This document shows positions 20,318-30,794 of a stretch of 64,000 nt of DNA, piece by piece. The position numbers and the translations under genes are program-made. Numbering within the stretch: the stretch's first letter is position 1; every line of letters starts with the position of its first letter. The notes beneath the pieces were generated by a model. That model had not been told where the DNA came from. It worked only from the letters and a program-made list of their open reading frames with translations, and did no database searches. This stretch comes from an uncultured delta proteobacterium (GTDB lineage Bacteria > Myxococcota_A > Polyangia > Polyangiales > Polyangiaceae): positions 32,001 through 96,000 of the forward strand of contig CAWKKR010000002.1 of the NCBI GenBank assembly GCA_963850305.1, in the 5' to 3' direction.

Positions 20318-21364
20318 TTACTCGGAACTTTCTTCCGCGACGGGCTGCGACTTCGCGCGCAGGGCGGCTTCGTCGTGGTTCTTCCGGAGCTGGACGAGAC
20401 CATCCGGCGTGGCCGTCGCGGCGGGCGGGCGCTTTCCGATGGGGCGATGCTTCGCCATGTACGCGCAGTAGTCGATGCCGGTGCGGACGGCTTCTTGCGG
20501 CGTCATCCCGGTGAAGAGGGGCCAGAAGAGGTTGCAGGTGCCGCAGGGTTCGATTTCACGACGCCGGCCCGACGCATGGTAGTCGCGGTACTTGCGCGCC
20601 GTCGCGTGACGATAGAGCTCGAGCACCGAGTTTTCCCGCGCGTCGCCCCAGCCGTGCTGGCCGTCCTGGTCCATGCAGCAGAGAGTGACGCGCCCGCTCG
20701 CCAGGATATCCAGACGGGTCACGTGCTCGCACCCGTATCGCGGGACGGGCAAGCTGCTCTTGATGTCGCCCTTGTAGTTGAAGAGGCCGACGATGAAGCT
20801 CTTCACGCCCTTGTTCTTGCAATATCGAAGGAAGTCGTCTTGCTCCTCGAGGGTCGTGTCCCCGAGGCGCGTCATGCGAAACGTGATCTGGCGCGCGAGC
20901 CGGTGCTTGCGAGTCCGGTCCGTCATGTACTCCATGTTGTCGAGCGTCCGCTTGAGGGGGATGCCCATGACGGTGCGGTACTTCTCGGGGTTCAGCGTAT
21001 TCACGCTAACGAACAGGTGATCGACGCCGAGGTCGAGCATCTGGTCGACCTTCTTCGGCGTCATGCCGTAGCCGTTCGTGTACAGGCGGAGCTTCGTCTT
21101 CGGCAGACGGCGGCGAATGTGCTCGAGCCGCGGCAGGATCTTCGGGTCCGAGAAGGGGTCCCCCTGGAGGAAGGGCTCGATCGCCCGAAGCGGGAACTCA
21201 CGACAATCTTCGATGATTTTCTCGAAGAGATCCTGGTCCATCGGCCCCTTGTCGCGCGCCAGAGCATTGTTCGGACAGAACACGCACTTGGCGTTGCAGT
21301 GGTTCGTCGTCTCCACCGAGACGAGCCTCGGATACTCACTCCCGGAAGACTCCAAGATAGACAC
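20318..21364 (-). CDS. Radical SAM protein with C-terminal SPASM/twitch domain
   Basis: CNAKCVFC (CxxxCxxC), GDP, YTNG; C..GRVTLCCMD...CGTC. Confidence 0.9.
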   Translation of the reverse strand: MSILESSGSEYPRLVSVETTNHCNAKCVFCPNNALARDKGPMDQDLFEKIIEDCREFPLRAIEPFLQGDPFSDPKILPRLEHIRRRLPKTKLRLYTNGYGMTPKKVDQMLDLGVDHLFVSVNTLNPEKYRTVMGIPLKRTLDNMEYMTDRTRKHRLARQITFRMTRLGDTTLEEQDDFLRYCKNKGVKSFIVGLFNYKGDIKSSLPVPRYGCEHVTRLDILASGRVTLCCMDQDGQHGWGDARENSVLELYRHATARKYRDYHASGRRREIEPCGTCNLFWPLFTGMTPQEAVRTGIDYCAYMAKHRPIGKRPPAATATPDGLVQLRKNHDEAALRAKSQPVAEESSE

Positions 21365-21373
21365 AGCGGGAGG

Positions 21374-23938
21374 CTAGCCGACGCTCTCCTTCCTCGCAAG
21401 CATGAGCACCGAAGGCAGCACCAGAACGGCCGCCGTCACGGCCGCAATTTCGCCGGTGGCCGCCACGAGCCCGAAGCTTCGCACGGCCTTGTTGATCGAC
21501 AGCATGAGTGCCAGGTACCCGAGCGTCGTCGTGAGGGAGCACAGGATGACGGCTCCGCCGGTCTCGACGATCACACGTTCGATCGAGCCGCCGGATTCCT
21601 TCTCGCGCCGCGACATGACGTTCAGTGCGTAGTCCGCACCTACCCCGATGCTGATCGGCAAGCCGACGAAATTCAAGAAGTTGAGCTTGATGCCGTCGAG
21701 CGCGCAAAAGGCGAAGAGCCACGAGAGTCCGAGCACCAGCGTTGCGAGCGCGAACCACCCCGGCTTCCGGGCGCGAAAGCTGACCAGGATCACGACGAGC
21801 GTCCCGAGGAAGCTGAGCCCGATGGCCTTCGGCGCATCCTCGCGAATCGCGATGAGCATGTCCGAGAAGATGACGGGATTGCCCGAGCCGTGAATGACGT
21901 CGCCGTTCGGCAGGCGCACTTCCCGGAAAGCGTCCGCCCAGCGCATCAGGTAGTGCGCGTCGTACACGCTCACGTGTTCACTCGGGACGATATAAAGGAT
22001 CCGGCCCCGGGTTCCGTCGCGCTCGGAGAAGGGGCGCGCGAGGTCGTCCGGCAGATCTCGAATCCCGATGGGCCCGAGCGACTCGGGCATGTGCGGCTCG
22101 AGCCTCGCCCAGTCGGCGTCGGAGATGAATTTCCGCCGCCGTGCGCGCGTCACGCGGTCCCGGATCTCCGCGAGGAGGGCGAGCTTCTCCTGCTGGTGAT
22201 CGGGCAGCAGGCTGTCGATGGTGACCACCTTGGAAAAGGGCTTCTTGCCGGCGGGTGCGGCCGCGTTGCGCCGGTTCAGCTCGGCGACGAGCGGTTCGAG
22301 CTGATCGAGTCGGTCGATCAGGATGGCCCGGCCGTCTTGACCTTGCCGTCCGACGATCTCGTCGACCTTGTCGCCGAGCAATCGCGCCGGCGTCGCGGCA
22401 GTGTCTTCGTTCCGGATGTTCCTGAAATCGTACTCCAGCGGATCGTGCGCCAGGTAACGCACCGTGAGCGCAAGGCTCGCGACGCCGCTCAGGAGCGCGA
22501 GGGCCGCGACGGGGCGATTGAATCGGCGCGCCAGCCACGCGAACGGTCTTCCATAGAGCGCGGAAAACCTCGAGGTGAGTCCGTTCCGGCCTTGCCGGAA
22601 CATCGGCGCGACGCGCTCGGTGGCAACGAGGATGGCCGGCAAGAGCAGGTAGGTCGCGACCCAGCACAGCAACATGCCCGAGCCGCCGATGACGCCGAAG
22701 TCCTTGAACCCGCGGAAATCCGTGATGGAGAGCGAGCCGTAGGCGACGCCGGCCGCGCCCGCCGCCGACAGCGTGGCGACCCACGTGCCCCGATGCGCGA
22801 CCGCGACGGCCTCGTCCACGCCGCGCCCCTCGTCACGGCGGGCCTCGGCATACCGGGCCATGTAGATGATACCGAAGTTGATGCCGTTGCCCGCGATGAT
22901 GCTCGCGAGAAACCCCGTCGCCGTGTTCAGGTAACCGACGGAGTATTTCGCGACGCCGAAAGCCCACACGCAGCCGACGCCGATGGTGAGGCCCATCGCG
23001 AAGAGCGTGCGAAGCTGCAGGAAGAACAGGAAAACGACGGTCAGAATGAGGCCGATGCCCCAGATCCCGACGTTCAGCAGATCGCGGGTGATCGCCTGTT
23101 GCTGCTCGGCGCTGGTGACGAGGTCGCCGGTGTAGCCAAAGTGCATCGTCGGGTCCCACCGGCGGGGATTAAGGCCGTCGATGATCGCCTGCACTTTCCG
23201 CACGAGCTCGAACGCGCGCTGATCGCCGGTGCCGAACGGCGTGCGGATGAGGAACGTCGCGAGCTTCCCGTCCCTGGAGACGTAGTAGCCGTCCCGCCCC
23301 GGAGCCGACTTTCTGGCGCTGTCCTCCTTCTTCTTCAGCTTGTCGATGATGTCGTCGACGGAGAGTTTCTTGGGCGCGTCCTCGTCGTCGAGCCCGAGGT
23401 CCATCCCCGTCGCGCGCGCGATCTCGGCGTCGTACGAGTCGGTCACCTCGTCGCGCAGCTCTTTCAGGTCGGCCAGGTCCGCGTAAAGCCCCTCGTTCTT
23501 CTCGAAGAAGGCCTGCATTCTACGCGGCCCGTCGTCGATGCCGCCGACGAGGTCCGGGCCGAGGGCGAGAATCTTCGGAACGGCAGCGTCGACGAATTTC
23601 TCGAGCGCGCGCGTGTCATGGCCCTGAGCGACGACCGCCAGCGTCGAGCTGCCGGGCAGCCGCGCGTCGTCGCGGTGCATCTCGATCACGCTCGGTTTGC
23701 TGCCGGGCAGGAGCTCCGTGAAGCTCGTTCGAAGAGTCAGCTTCGACGCCGCGTAGCCCGTCGGGACGACGGACAGCAGCATGGCGGCGATGACCCAGAG
23801 TGGGTGCCGCGTCTGCAGGGCGATGAGCCAATCGACGAACTTCGACCTCAAGGGCGGGCCGCCGCAGCGAGCGTGCCCGGGGCGGGTCGGGGGTCCCGGC
23901 AATGACCTGGCTTCATGATCGTCGTGCTGGGGAAGCAC
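21374..23938 (-). CDS. MMPL/RND-family lipid transporter (HpnN-like); start uncertain
   Basis: Two RND repeats, ELLP, GNGINFGI, FRGFKDFG, GVGADY; the extension to 24391 overlaps the divergent gene. Confidence 0.85.
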   Translation of the reverse strand: MLPQHDDHEARSLPGPPTRPGHARCGGPPLRSKFVDWLIALQTRHPLWVIAAMLLSVVPTGYAASKLTLRTSFTELLPGSKPSVIEMHRDDARLPGSSTLAVVAQGHDTRALEKFVDAAVPKILALGPDLVGGIDDGPRRMQAFFEKNEGLYADLADLKELRDEVTDSYDAEIARATGMDLGLDDEDAPKKLSVDDIIDKLKKKEDSARKSAPGRDGYYVSRDGKLATFLIRTPFGTGDQRAFELVRKVQAIIDGLNPRRWDPTMHFGYTGDLVTSAEQQQAITRDLLNVGIWGIGLILTVVFLFFLQLRTLFAMGLTIGVGCVWAFGVAKYSVGYLNTATGFLASIIAGNGINFGIIYMARYAEARRDEGRGVDEAVAVAHRGTWVATLSAAGAAGVAYGSLSITDFRGFKDFGVIGGSGMLLCWVATYLLLPAILVATERVAPMFRQGRNGLTSRFSALYGRPFAWLARRFNRPVAALALLSGVASLALTVRYLAHDPLEYDFRNIRNEDTAATPARLLGDKVDEIVGRQGQDGRAILIDRLDQLEPLVAELNRRNAAAPAGKKPFSKVVTIDSLLPDHQQEKLALLAEIRDRVTRARRRKFISDADWARLEPHMPESLGPIGIRDLPDDLARPFSERDGTRGRILYIVPSEHVSVYDAHYLMRWADAFREVRLPNGDVIHGSGNPVIFSDMLIAIREDAPKAIGLSFLGTLVVILVSFRARKPGWFALATLVLGLSWLFAFCALDGIKLNFLNFVGLPISIGVGADYALNVMSRREKESGGSIERVIVETGGAVILCSLTTTLGYLALMLSINKAVRSFGLVAATGEIAAVTAAVLVLPSVLMLARKESVG

Positions 23939-24082
23939 CCTTGCATGAACCCGCCGGATCGCGAAGCCGGAAGTCGAGCCGGGATTCGCGTGGAACGCTG
24001 CCCGGTTCCACTGCCGAGGCTTGCCGCGAAAATCGCGTTTGCCTTGCGAGTCGAAAGCGGCCAAAATCTGCGGGATCCTCCG

Positions 24083-25045
24083 ATGATCCCGAACCCTGCT
24101 GGTACTCCCGGGAGCGCCCGGACCGCACAGGTGCCCATGCGGTCCACCTTCAAGCCGCACGATGTGGAGGAGCCCATCGATTACTGGATCAACCGCCCGG
24201 CTGCGAGCGTGCTGGTTCGACTCCTGGCCACGACCGCGATCACGCCGAACCAGGTGACCGTCTGGTCCGGCCTGTCGGGGATCGCCGCCGGCATCGCGCT
24301 GGGCGCGTCGAGTCCGTCGCGCATGTGGACGATGCCCGTCGGCGGCTTGTTGCTCTACCTGTCGGTTCTGCTCGATTGTGCGGACGGGCAACTGGCGCGT
24401 CTACGGGGTCATTCGTCCATGGTGGGTCGGGCGCTTGACGGCTACGCCGATGCGGTCGCCACGGCGGCCGTGTTCTTCGGCTTTGCGGCGTTCCTTTATC
24501 GCGCGGGACATGGATTTCTCTACGTCAACGTGATGGGCTGGACTGCCGGCTACAGCATGAAGTGGCACGTTCACTCGTACGATCACGCAAAGAATATCTA
24601 TTTGCACAATGTGCTCCCGCCTGAAGAACGCGCGAAGTCACTTCCAACCCTCGACGAGATCGCCGACGAACGCGATCGTCACGTGCGTGCGGGGGACCGG
24701 TTCGGCGCGTTGATCCTCCGCGGATTCGGGCATCTCACCAGGTCTCAGCGGACGGGATGGCAGGAGGAGCGCATGGGGCTGGGCCTGCCCGGCGCGTCGA
24801 CGGAGATCGAGCGCATCGAGTATCGGAACGCGTTTTACGAAACGATGCGCCTCTGGACGTGGAACGGGCTTGCCTCGCACCTCACGGTGCTCCTGGCGGC
24901 GGTGGCGCTGACGCCTGTTTATCCCGGCGCCGCTCTCGCCGCATGGTGGTTCATCCTGGGACCGATGAACCTCATGACCTTTTATCTGCGCGCTCACGAG
25001 CGACGTACCGAGAAGGCGCTGAAGCTCCGACTCCGACCGTCCTGA
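24083..25045 (+). CDS. CDP-alcohol phosphatidyltransferase family protein
   Basis: ITPNQVT and DCADGQLAR..GRALDGYAD signature. Confidence 0.9.
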   Translation: MIPNPAGTPGSARTAQVPMRSTFKPHDVEEPIDYWINRPAASVLVRLLATTAITPNQVTVWSGLSGIAAGIALGASSPSRMWTMPVGGLLLYLSVLLDCADGQLARLRGHSSMVGRALDGYADAVATAAVFFGFAAFLYRAGHGFLYVNVMGWTAGYSMKWHVHSYDHAKNIYLHNVLPPEERAKSLPTLDEIADERDRHVRAGDRFGALILRGFGHLTRSQRTGWQEERMGLGLPGASTEIERIEYRNAFYETMRLWTWNGLASHLTVLLAAVALTPVYPGAALAAWWFILGPMNLMTFYLRAHERRTEKALKLRLRPS

Positions 25046-25082
25046 GAAGGCGCCGGCGGGTGCGCTCCGTGGCGCCGGAATA

Positions 25083-27230
25083 TCAATGCGCCGAGGCGCC
25101 TTCGGCGAGGCCTCGGCGTTCCAGGATGGCCCGCATCGGCACGGCGTAGAGGAGCAACGCGCCGCATGCCAGAGACGCGAAGAGATGCTGTCCCTCGAGC
25201 GTGGCGTCGCCGCCGAACACGAACGCGATCTGCGTGAAGAGCGCGAACGCGACGAGCAGGAATGGAAGCCGCGGACGCAAGCGCGACAGGGCGACGAGCA
25301 TCACGACCCAGCTATAGTCGTAGGAAGTCATCGGCAGGGCAGAGAACAGGACGAGACCGGCGAGGGCCGCGCACACGGCCGCGCTTGCGCCTTGCCAGGC
25401 AGCCAGCACGATGACGGCGACGGACGCTGTCATCGCGAGCGCCCAGAGGGGGCGCTCCTCGACCCGGTGACGGAGCTGAGCGCTTTCCCAGCGTTCGAAT
25501 GGATCCGTCAGGCGTCCGTCCTCCAGATCCGTGGACATGTTGCCCGCGCGCCAGGCGAGGAGCGTCGAGAGTCCGATCTGATTGGCGAGAGGGGTGCTCG
25601 AGTGGCGCTCGATCACGTGCGCAAAGTCACGATACGAATGGAAGCCGACCACGGCGCCCGCACCCGCGGTGCCGACCAGCAGGGTCGCGCCGGCACCCAC
25701 GAGTAGCTTCCGGGCGGGGCCATTGGACCAGCCGTGACGCCACATCGTGACTAGCGCCCAGACGACGGCACCGAACACGAACATGAACGGAAACAGGCGG
25801 AGCAGGCCGGCGAGCGTCAGCGCCGCGCCGCCCGCGAAGAATCGCTTTCGCGCGAGCAAGGCGAAGCCGGCGGCGTCGCAGACGAGCCAGGTGTCCCGCC
25901 CGAGGCATCCGCCGACCCACAGGTAGCTCCAGTGAAAGCCGAGAGCGAGAAACAGGCAGGCCGCGACACCTGCGATCTCCCCGAATCCCCACCACAGGAA
26001 CGCGACGGTGCCGGCCAGAGCAAGGGCGTCGAGCTGACCCAGGAGGGCGAGTCGCGTCGCGGTCGGGCGGGTTCCCGACGTGAAGAGGCGGAGCCAGACC
26101 ACGGTCGGGGGCGTCCCGTTGAAGCCGTGATCGGCGAAAGCTTCGGGGAGGGAGTGCCAGACGAAGATGGCGCGAAACGCGGCGAGATCCGATTTGAAGC
26201 TCCGCCATCGTGCGCTCGTGAAGCGCGCCCGGCAAGCGCCGTCCGGTGTCTTCGTCCAATCCCCGGGGTAGAGGCGATTGTCCTCGAGGTCCCGGATCTG
26301 CTGGCTGTCGACCTCCGCGCCGCGACCGTTCTCCCGCTCGGCCTGGGCGGCGCATTCGTAGAGATCGAAGTAGCCGAGCTCCGGGAAATACTTCGTTCCA
26401 ACGAAGTAGTGAAACATGTCCCAGTAATGGACGGTGCCGGAGCCCTGGAAAGCGCCGAACTGGGTCCACGACAGGGCGCTCGTCACGACGAGTAGCGCGA
26501 GCGCGACCCGACGAGCGCGAGCTCCGAGCATCGGCACGAAGACGAAGAGCACCGTGAGCGCAGAGAGACCAAAGGCGATCTTCAGACTCTGCGTCTGCGC
26601 GAGTCTCGTGCTCTTGGTCGCGGTCGGCGGCGAAGCTCGAACGACTCGTGAGGGCGGCCACGGCTCCGGATTGCCGCAGTACACGCGCACCTCCGACGCC
26701 GCGTACACTCCATCACCCGACAGCGCTTCGAATCGCACGTAACGGGCCGCGGCGTCGAGGTTTCGAGTGGTTCGTTCGCGGAGACCAGGGTCGCTCACGG
26801 GGTCGAGCGTCCAGAGGGGCGTGTAGCTCTTGCCGTCGCTGGAGACACTCAGGCGATAGACGTCGTTGTTGTCCGCCTGGACGGCGGCCGCGGAAATGTG
26901 CACCGCGCTTCCGAGGTCCCACTCGGCGTAGGGACGCAGTCCCTTCAGTCGTGTCGCGAACGTCGATGCAGGCGTGTCGCCCTCGTACGAGAGCCGGCCG
27001 TCCGTGAGGTTCGCCGGATCATCGACACCCCGCGAGGACGCTACCGCACGCTTCAGGAGCAGATCGGTGCCGTCGCAGGCGGCGAACGCGGGATGAGCAA
27101 AGGCGAAGACGGCAGCGAGCAGAGAGAGAGCAAGGACGAGTAGGCTGCGCTCGAACCGGAACAACGATCCCTCTTGCCCGAGTTTCGTCCCGTAGCCAAC
27201 CGTCACGCGCGTCCCGATCCGACGGGCCAT
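25083..27230 (-). CDS. Discoidin (F5/8-type C)-like domain fused to a multi-TM GT-C-like membrane protein
   Basis: N-terminal LTDG..WDLG..QADNND.Y..ARYVR; WDMFHYFVGTKYFPELGY loop; many TM segments, LRLFP. Confidence 0.6.
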   Translation of the reverse strand: MARRIGTRVTVGYGTKLGQEGSLFRFERSLLVLALSLLAAVFAFAHPAFAACDGTDLLLKRAVASSRGVDDPANLTDGRLSYEGDTPASTFATRLKGLRPYAEWDLGSAVHISAAAVQADNNDVYRLSVSSDGKSYTPLWTLDPVSDPGLRERTTRNLDAAARYVRFEALSGDGVYAASEVRVYCGNPEPWPPSRVVRASPPTATKSTRLAQTQSLKIAFGLSALTVLFVFVPMLGARARRVALALLVVTSALSWTQFGAFQGSGTVHYWDMFHYFVGTKYFPELGYFDLYECAAQAERENGRGAEVDSQQIRDLEDNRLYPGDWTKTPDGACRARFTSARWRSFKSDLAAFRAIFVWHSLPEAFADHGFNGTPPTVVWLRLFTSGTRPTATRLALLGQLDALALAGTVAFLWWGFGEIAGVAACLFLALGFHWSYLWVGGCLGRDTWLVCDAAGFALLARKRFFAGGAALTLAGLLRLFPFMFVFGAVVWALVTMWRHGWSNGPARKLLVGAGATLLVGTAGAGAVVGFHSYRDFAHVIERHSSTPLANQIGLSTLLAWRAGNMSTDLEDGRLTDPFERWESAQLRHRVEERPLWALAMTASVAVIVLAAWQGASAAVCAALAGLVLFSALPMTSYDYSWVVMLVALSRLRPRLPFLLVAFALFTQIAFVFGGDATLEGQHLFASLACGALLLYAVPMRAILERRGLAEGASAH

Positions 27231-27254
27231 CGGCGGGGTGTGGCTATCTCCTCA

Positions 27255-28187
27255 TTACTGCGCGACGCCGGCGATGGGAATGCGATCGGCAATGATGACT
27301 TCGCCGATGACGATGATGCCGCCCGTACCGGTGACACCCCCGGACCCGAGCGTACCGCCGGAGCCGATGGCGCCACCGGTGCTCGTGACCGCGCCACCGG
27401 TGCTCGTGACCGCGCCGCCGGAGCCCGTGGTGCCGCCGGGCCCGACGACTGCACCGCCGGAGCCCGGCGTGCCGCCGGAGCTGACAATCGCGCCTCCGGA
27501 ACCGAGGGCGCCTCCGGAACCGAGCGTGCCGCCAACGCCGCTACCCCCCGAGCCAACGAGGCCGCCCGAACCGGATGAACCCCCGCTGCTGCTCGCGCCT
27601 CCCGAGCCTCCAGGGCCGCCGTCCCCTGGTCCGGGGAACGCGCATGCACCGTCGCTCGTGCACTCGCCCGTCGAACAGTCGGAGCCTTGAGTGCAGTCCG
27701 CGACGCAAAGGGCTTCTGTCGGGCCGACGGTGAAACAGCGTGTCCCAGGATCGCACGAGCCCTTCGACACGTACGTCGTCGCGGGGTCACAGAGCTTCAC
27801 GCAGAGCCCCTGTGTCCCTCCCTCGGTTGCGCAGAAGGTTCCGGTGGGACACGTGCCGCACTCGCCGAGAAACGTACCCGGTGGCTGAGGGCCCGCCGGA
27901 GCGCCGTTGCAACCGACGGTGGACGCCGCGTTGCTATCGGTGGCCGCGCACTGATCGCCGGCGGTACTACCCTGGCCGCCCGCGGCGGCGCCCGCACTTC
28001 CGCCCGTCGCACTCGACTGGCTGCCGCCGGTGTCGGACGCTCCACTGCCACCCGCGCCGCCGGCCGGGTTGCCGCCGGATCCGGCGTCGTTATTCTGCGC
28101 CCCTGGCCCGTTCGAGTCGTTGCTCGAGCCGCATGCGACGACCAGAGCCATCGCAAATGCAAGGTAAAGACTGCGAGCCATATTCAT
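27255..28187 (-). CDS. Gly-rich / Cys-rich lipoprotein
   Basis: VVAC lipobox, Cys-rich core, long GG(S/T)GG tail. Confidence 0.72.
   Translation of the reverse strand: MNMARSLYLAFAMALVVACGSSNDSNGPGAQNNDAGSGGNPAGGAGGSGASDTGGSQSSATGGSAGAAAGGQGSTAGDQCAATDSNAASTVGCNGAPAGPQPPGTFLGECGTCPTGTFCATEGGTQGLCVKLCDPATTYVSKGSCDPGTRCFTVGPTEALCVADCTQGSDCSTGECTSDGACAFPGPGDGGPGGSGGASSSGGSSGSGGLVGSGGSGVGGTLGSGGALGSGGAIVSSGGTPGSGGAVVGPGGTTGSGGAVTSTGGAVTSTGGAIGSGGTLGSGGVTGTGGIIVIGEVIIADRIPIAGVAQ
27370..27411. repeat. 21-bp tandem duplication in the coding sequence
   Basis: GCGCCACCGGTGCTCGTGACC x2, encoding the GGAVTST repeat on the minus strand. Confidence 0.85.
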
Positions 28188-28272
28188 GAAAGGTAGCGCG
28201 AGGGATCCCGTTCACGCAACTCCGGGCCGTTCATCGAGTGCGCGCATGTCGGAGAGGCGCGCCAAGCACCCG

Positions 28273-29667
28273 TCAAAAGCCGAAATCGACGTGGTGTCGC
28301 GGACTCGCCCTCGAAGACGAGTGCGCGGCGGCCTTCGCCGGATGCGGCGAGCGGAGCTCATGCGGCGCGGTGCGAGGCGCCGGGACGGGAATCGAAGCGG
28401 ATGACGCCGCCGGAGGAGTCGGCGCGATCGTCGGTTCCGCAGGCTGAGCCGACGTGACCACTGGGATTGTCGGAACTGCGGCCCGCACCGGCGGGGAAGG
28501 GGTCGCGATGGTCGGGTTCGGCGCGGGGGGGACCGCGGCGGCAGCTGGCGGTCCCGCTGCAGCAGACGCCGTGTCGTGCCCCGCCGGGCGAAGAACGAAC
28601 GCGGCGATTGTGCCCGCGAGAAGGAGGGCCCCGACAGTCGCGCCTGCGATCACCCGCCGGGGCGTTCGTCCGGTGTTCATCGACGTGTGCGTCAGCGCGC
28701 CGACGTCGCCGCTGATCGCGTTTCGCGCCGCGGTTGCCTGGGTCACGCGCGGCAACTCGAGCTGAGACGCCATGGCGTCCCGCGCGGTCGCGGGTCCCGC
28801 GGTCTGCAGCCCGGCCACGCTTCGGAGCTGCGTGGTGAGCTCACGCGCCGACTGGAATCGCACGGCGAGATCGCGTGCAGTGCACCGGGCGAACCACTCG
28901 TCGAACCCAGGCGGCAACGGCGCGAACGACGACGGCGCGGGAATGGGACGCACGCAGATCTGCAGGATGAGCTCGCCCAGAGCCTCGCTGTCGAACGGGC
29001 GCCGTCCCGTCACACATTCGAAGGCAATGACGCCCAGCGACCAGAGATCGGTCCGGTGATCGACGCTCCGGTTCCCCTCGGCTTGCTCCGGGCTCATGTA
29101 ATAGGGCGTGCCCAGAATGGCGCCAGTCCTCGTCTGGCTCGACGATTGACCGAGGCCGCTTCCGGTGTCCTTGGCGATGCCGAAGTCCAGCACCTTCGCG
29201 ACTTCATCGTCGTCGTTTCTCACGAGGAAAATATTGTCGGGCTTGAGATCGCGATGGACGATCCCGCCCTCGTGAGCGCGCGAAATGGCGCGGCCGACTT
29301 GCGTCAAGATTCGCGCGGTCGACTCCGCCGACAGATGCCCCACCGTGTCGAGCCGCTGCGCGAGGGTCTCGCCCTCCAGCAGTTCCATCGCGATGAAAGG
29401 CACCCCTTCCTCGACGCCGTAATCGAGTGTCTGGACGACGTGCGGGCTGCGGAGCGCGGCGGCAGCTTGCGCTTCGCGCATGAAGCGACCGAGGGCCTCG
29501 GGGTTCTTGGCGATGCTCGGATCTATGATCTTGATGGCGACCGTGGAATGAAGCGCAAGGTGTTCCGCTGCCCAGACCGAACCCATCCCGCCCTGGCCGA
29601 GGCGGCGGCTCAGCCGGAACTTTCCGGCGATGACATGGCCTTCGCCCCAGGCCTCGGATCCAAGCAT
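28273..29667 (-). CDS. Hanks-type Ser/Thr protein kinase with TM helix and Pro-rich tail
   Basis: LGQGGMGSV, VAIK, HRDLKPDN, DFG, GTPYYMSPE. Confidence 0.96.
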   Translation of the reverse strand: MLGSEAWGEGHVIAGKFRLSRRLGQGGMGSVWAAEHLALHSTVAIKIIDPSIAKNPEALGRFMREAQAAAALRSPHVVQTLDYGVEEGVPFIAMELLEGETLAQRLDTVGHLSAESTARILTQVGRAISRAHEGGIVHRDLKPDNIFLVRNDDDEVAKVLDFGIAKDTGSGLGQSSSQTRTGAILGTPYYMSPEQAEGNRSVDHRTDLWSLGVIAFECVTGRRPFDSEALGELILQICVRPIPAPSSFAPLPPGFDEWFARCTARDLAVRFQSARELTTQLRSVAGLQTAGPATARDAMASQLELPRVTQATAARNAISGDVGALTHTSMNTGRTPRRVIAGATVGALLLAGTIAAFVLRPAGHDTASAAAGPPAAAAVPPAPNPTIATPSPPVRAAVPTIPVVTSAQPAEPTIAPTPPAASSASIPVPAPRTAPHELRSPHPAKAAAHSSSRASPRHHVDFGF

Positions 29668-29780
29668 TGCTCTCAGGGTAACCTCGGGTCCGCGGCCGAG
29701 CCAACCTCGTTATTGACGCGACGCACAAGTAAACCTCTGGACAGACCCCGGCGGCTGCACGGTATCGTCGAGAAGCCGTC

Positions 29781-30794
29781 GTGAAGTTTCGCGTTCTCCT
29801 GGCTCTTGCGCTGGTTCTGCCGAGCCCATTGGCCAGAGCCCAGCAGGTCGATGATCGGGAGCGGAGTGCCGCTCGGGGTCTCGCCGAGGACGGCGTGAAC
29901 GCCTTGCAGACCGGAGACGCGGCGACCGCTGCCGACAAGCTCGAGCGCGCCTACCAGATCGTGCGCCTTCCGACGGTCGGGCTCTGGTCGGCGCGCGCAT
30001 TCGCCAAGGAAGGCAAGCTCGTCACCGCCGAGGAACGGTACGAAGACGTCATCCATTGGAGCGGGACGGCTTCCGAGATGAAGCAACAGGCAGCCGCGCA
30101 GGCGACCGCTGCCCACGAGCGCGATGAACTGCTCCCCCGGCTCGGGAGCGTGACGCTGAACGTGGAAGGCGCCTCGCCGAGCGCCGTCAACCTGACACTC
30201 GACGGAGAAACGGTGCTCGCGGCGCTGATCGGGACTTCGTTACCCGTCGACCCGAAGCACCATGTTCTCCGCGGCACCCGTGGAACCGAGGTCGTCGAAC
30301 AGGGATTCGACGTGTCGGAAGGTCAGAAGACGAGCGTGACGTTGAAGTTCAACGAGGCGCCCGCGCCGGCCGCAGCCCCCGCGGCGCCAACCCCGCCGGC
30401 GCCGGCGCCGCCCGCCACCGCACCCGCGGTGACGGACGTTGGAGCCGACCACGGGTCGTGGTGGAGCCCTCAGCGGACTCTCGGGGTCGCCCTGGGAGGA
30501 GCTGGAGTCGTAGCGGGAGTCGTCAGCGGCGTGTTCACGCTGCAAGCGCTCTCCAAGAAGTCCGATGCGGGCAAGTACTGCCACGGGAGCGCGTGCACCG
30601 ACTCGCGAGGGGTCGACCTGCTCGCCAATGCCCATTCCGCGGGCAACGTCGCGACAATCGCGGGCATCGCAGGGCTGGTGCTCGTGGGAGCCGGGGTTAC
30701 CGTGTTCGTCACCGCGCCGTCGGGTCAGTCGGTGGCGATGGCACCGAGCTACTTTGCCGGCGGTGGGGGCCTCGTCGCGACGGGGACGTTCTGA
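29781..30794 (+). CDS. Secreted TPR + PEGA-like membrane protein
   Basis: Signal peptide, TPR-like helices, beta domain, Pro/Ala linker, two TM segments around a CxxxxC loop, terminal GTF. Confidence 0.75.
   Translation: MKFRVLLALALVLPSPLARAQQVDDRERSAARGLAEDGVNALQTGDAATAADKLERAYQIVRLPTVGLWSARAFAKEGKLVTAEERYEDVIHWSGTASEMKQQAAAQATAAHERDELLPRLGSVTLNVEGASPSAVNLTLDGETVLAALIGTSLPVDPKHHVLRGTRGTEVVEQGFDVSEGQKTSVTLKFNEAPAPAAAPAAPTPPAPAPPATAPAVTDVGADHGSWWSPQRTLGVALGGAGVVAGVVSGVFTLQALSKKSDAGKYCHGSACTDSRGVDLLANAHSAGNVATIAGIAGLVLVGAGVTVFVTAPSGQSVAMAPSYFAGGGGLVATGTF

Noticed and set aside
20201..23905. 1234-aa plus-strand ORF
   Set aside because: Antisense shadow of the MMPL and radical SAM genes in high-GC DNA; no motifs
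27238..27690. Pro-rich repeat ORF on the plus strand
   Set aside because: Reverse-complement reading of the Gly-rich tail of the minus-strand lipoprotein
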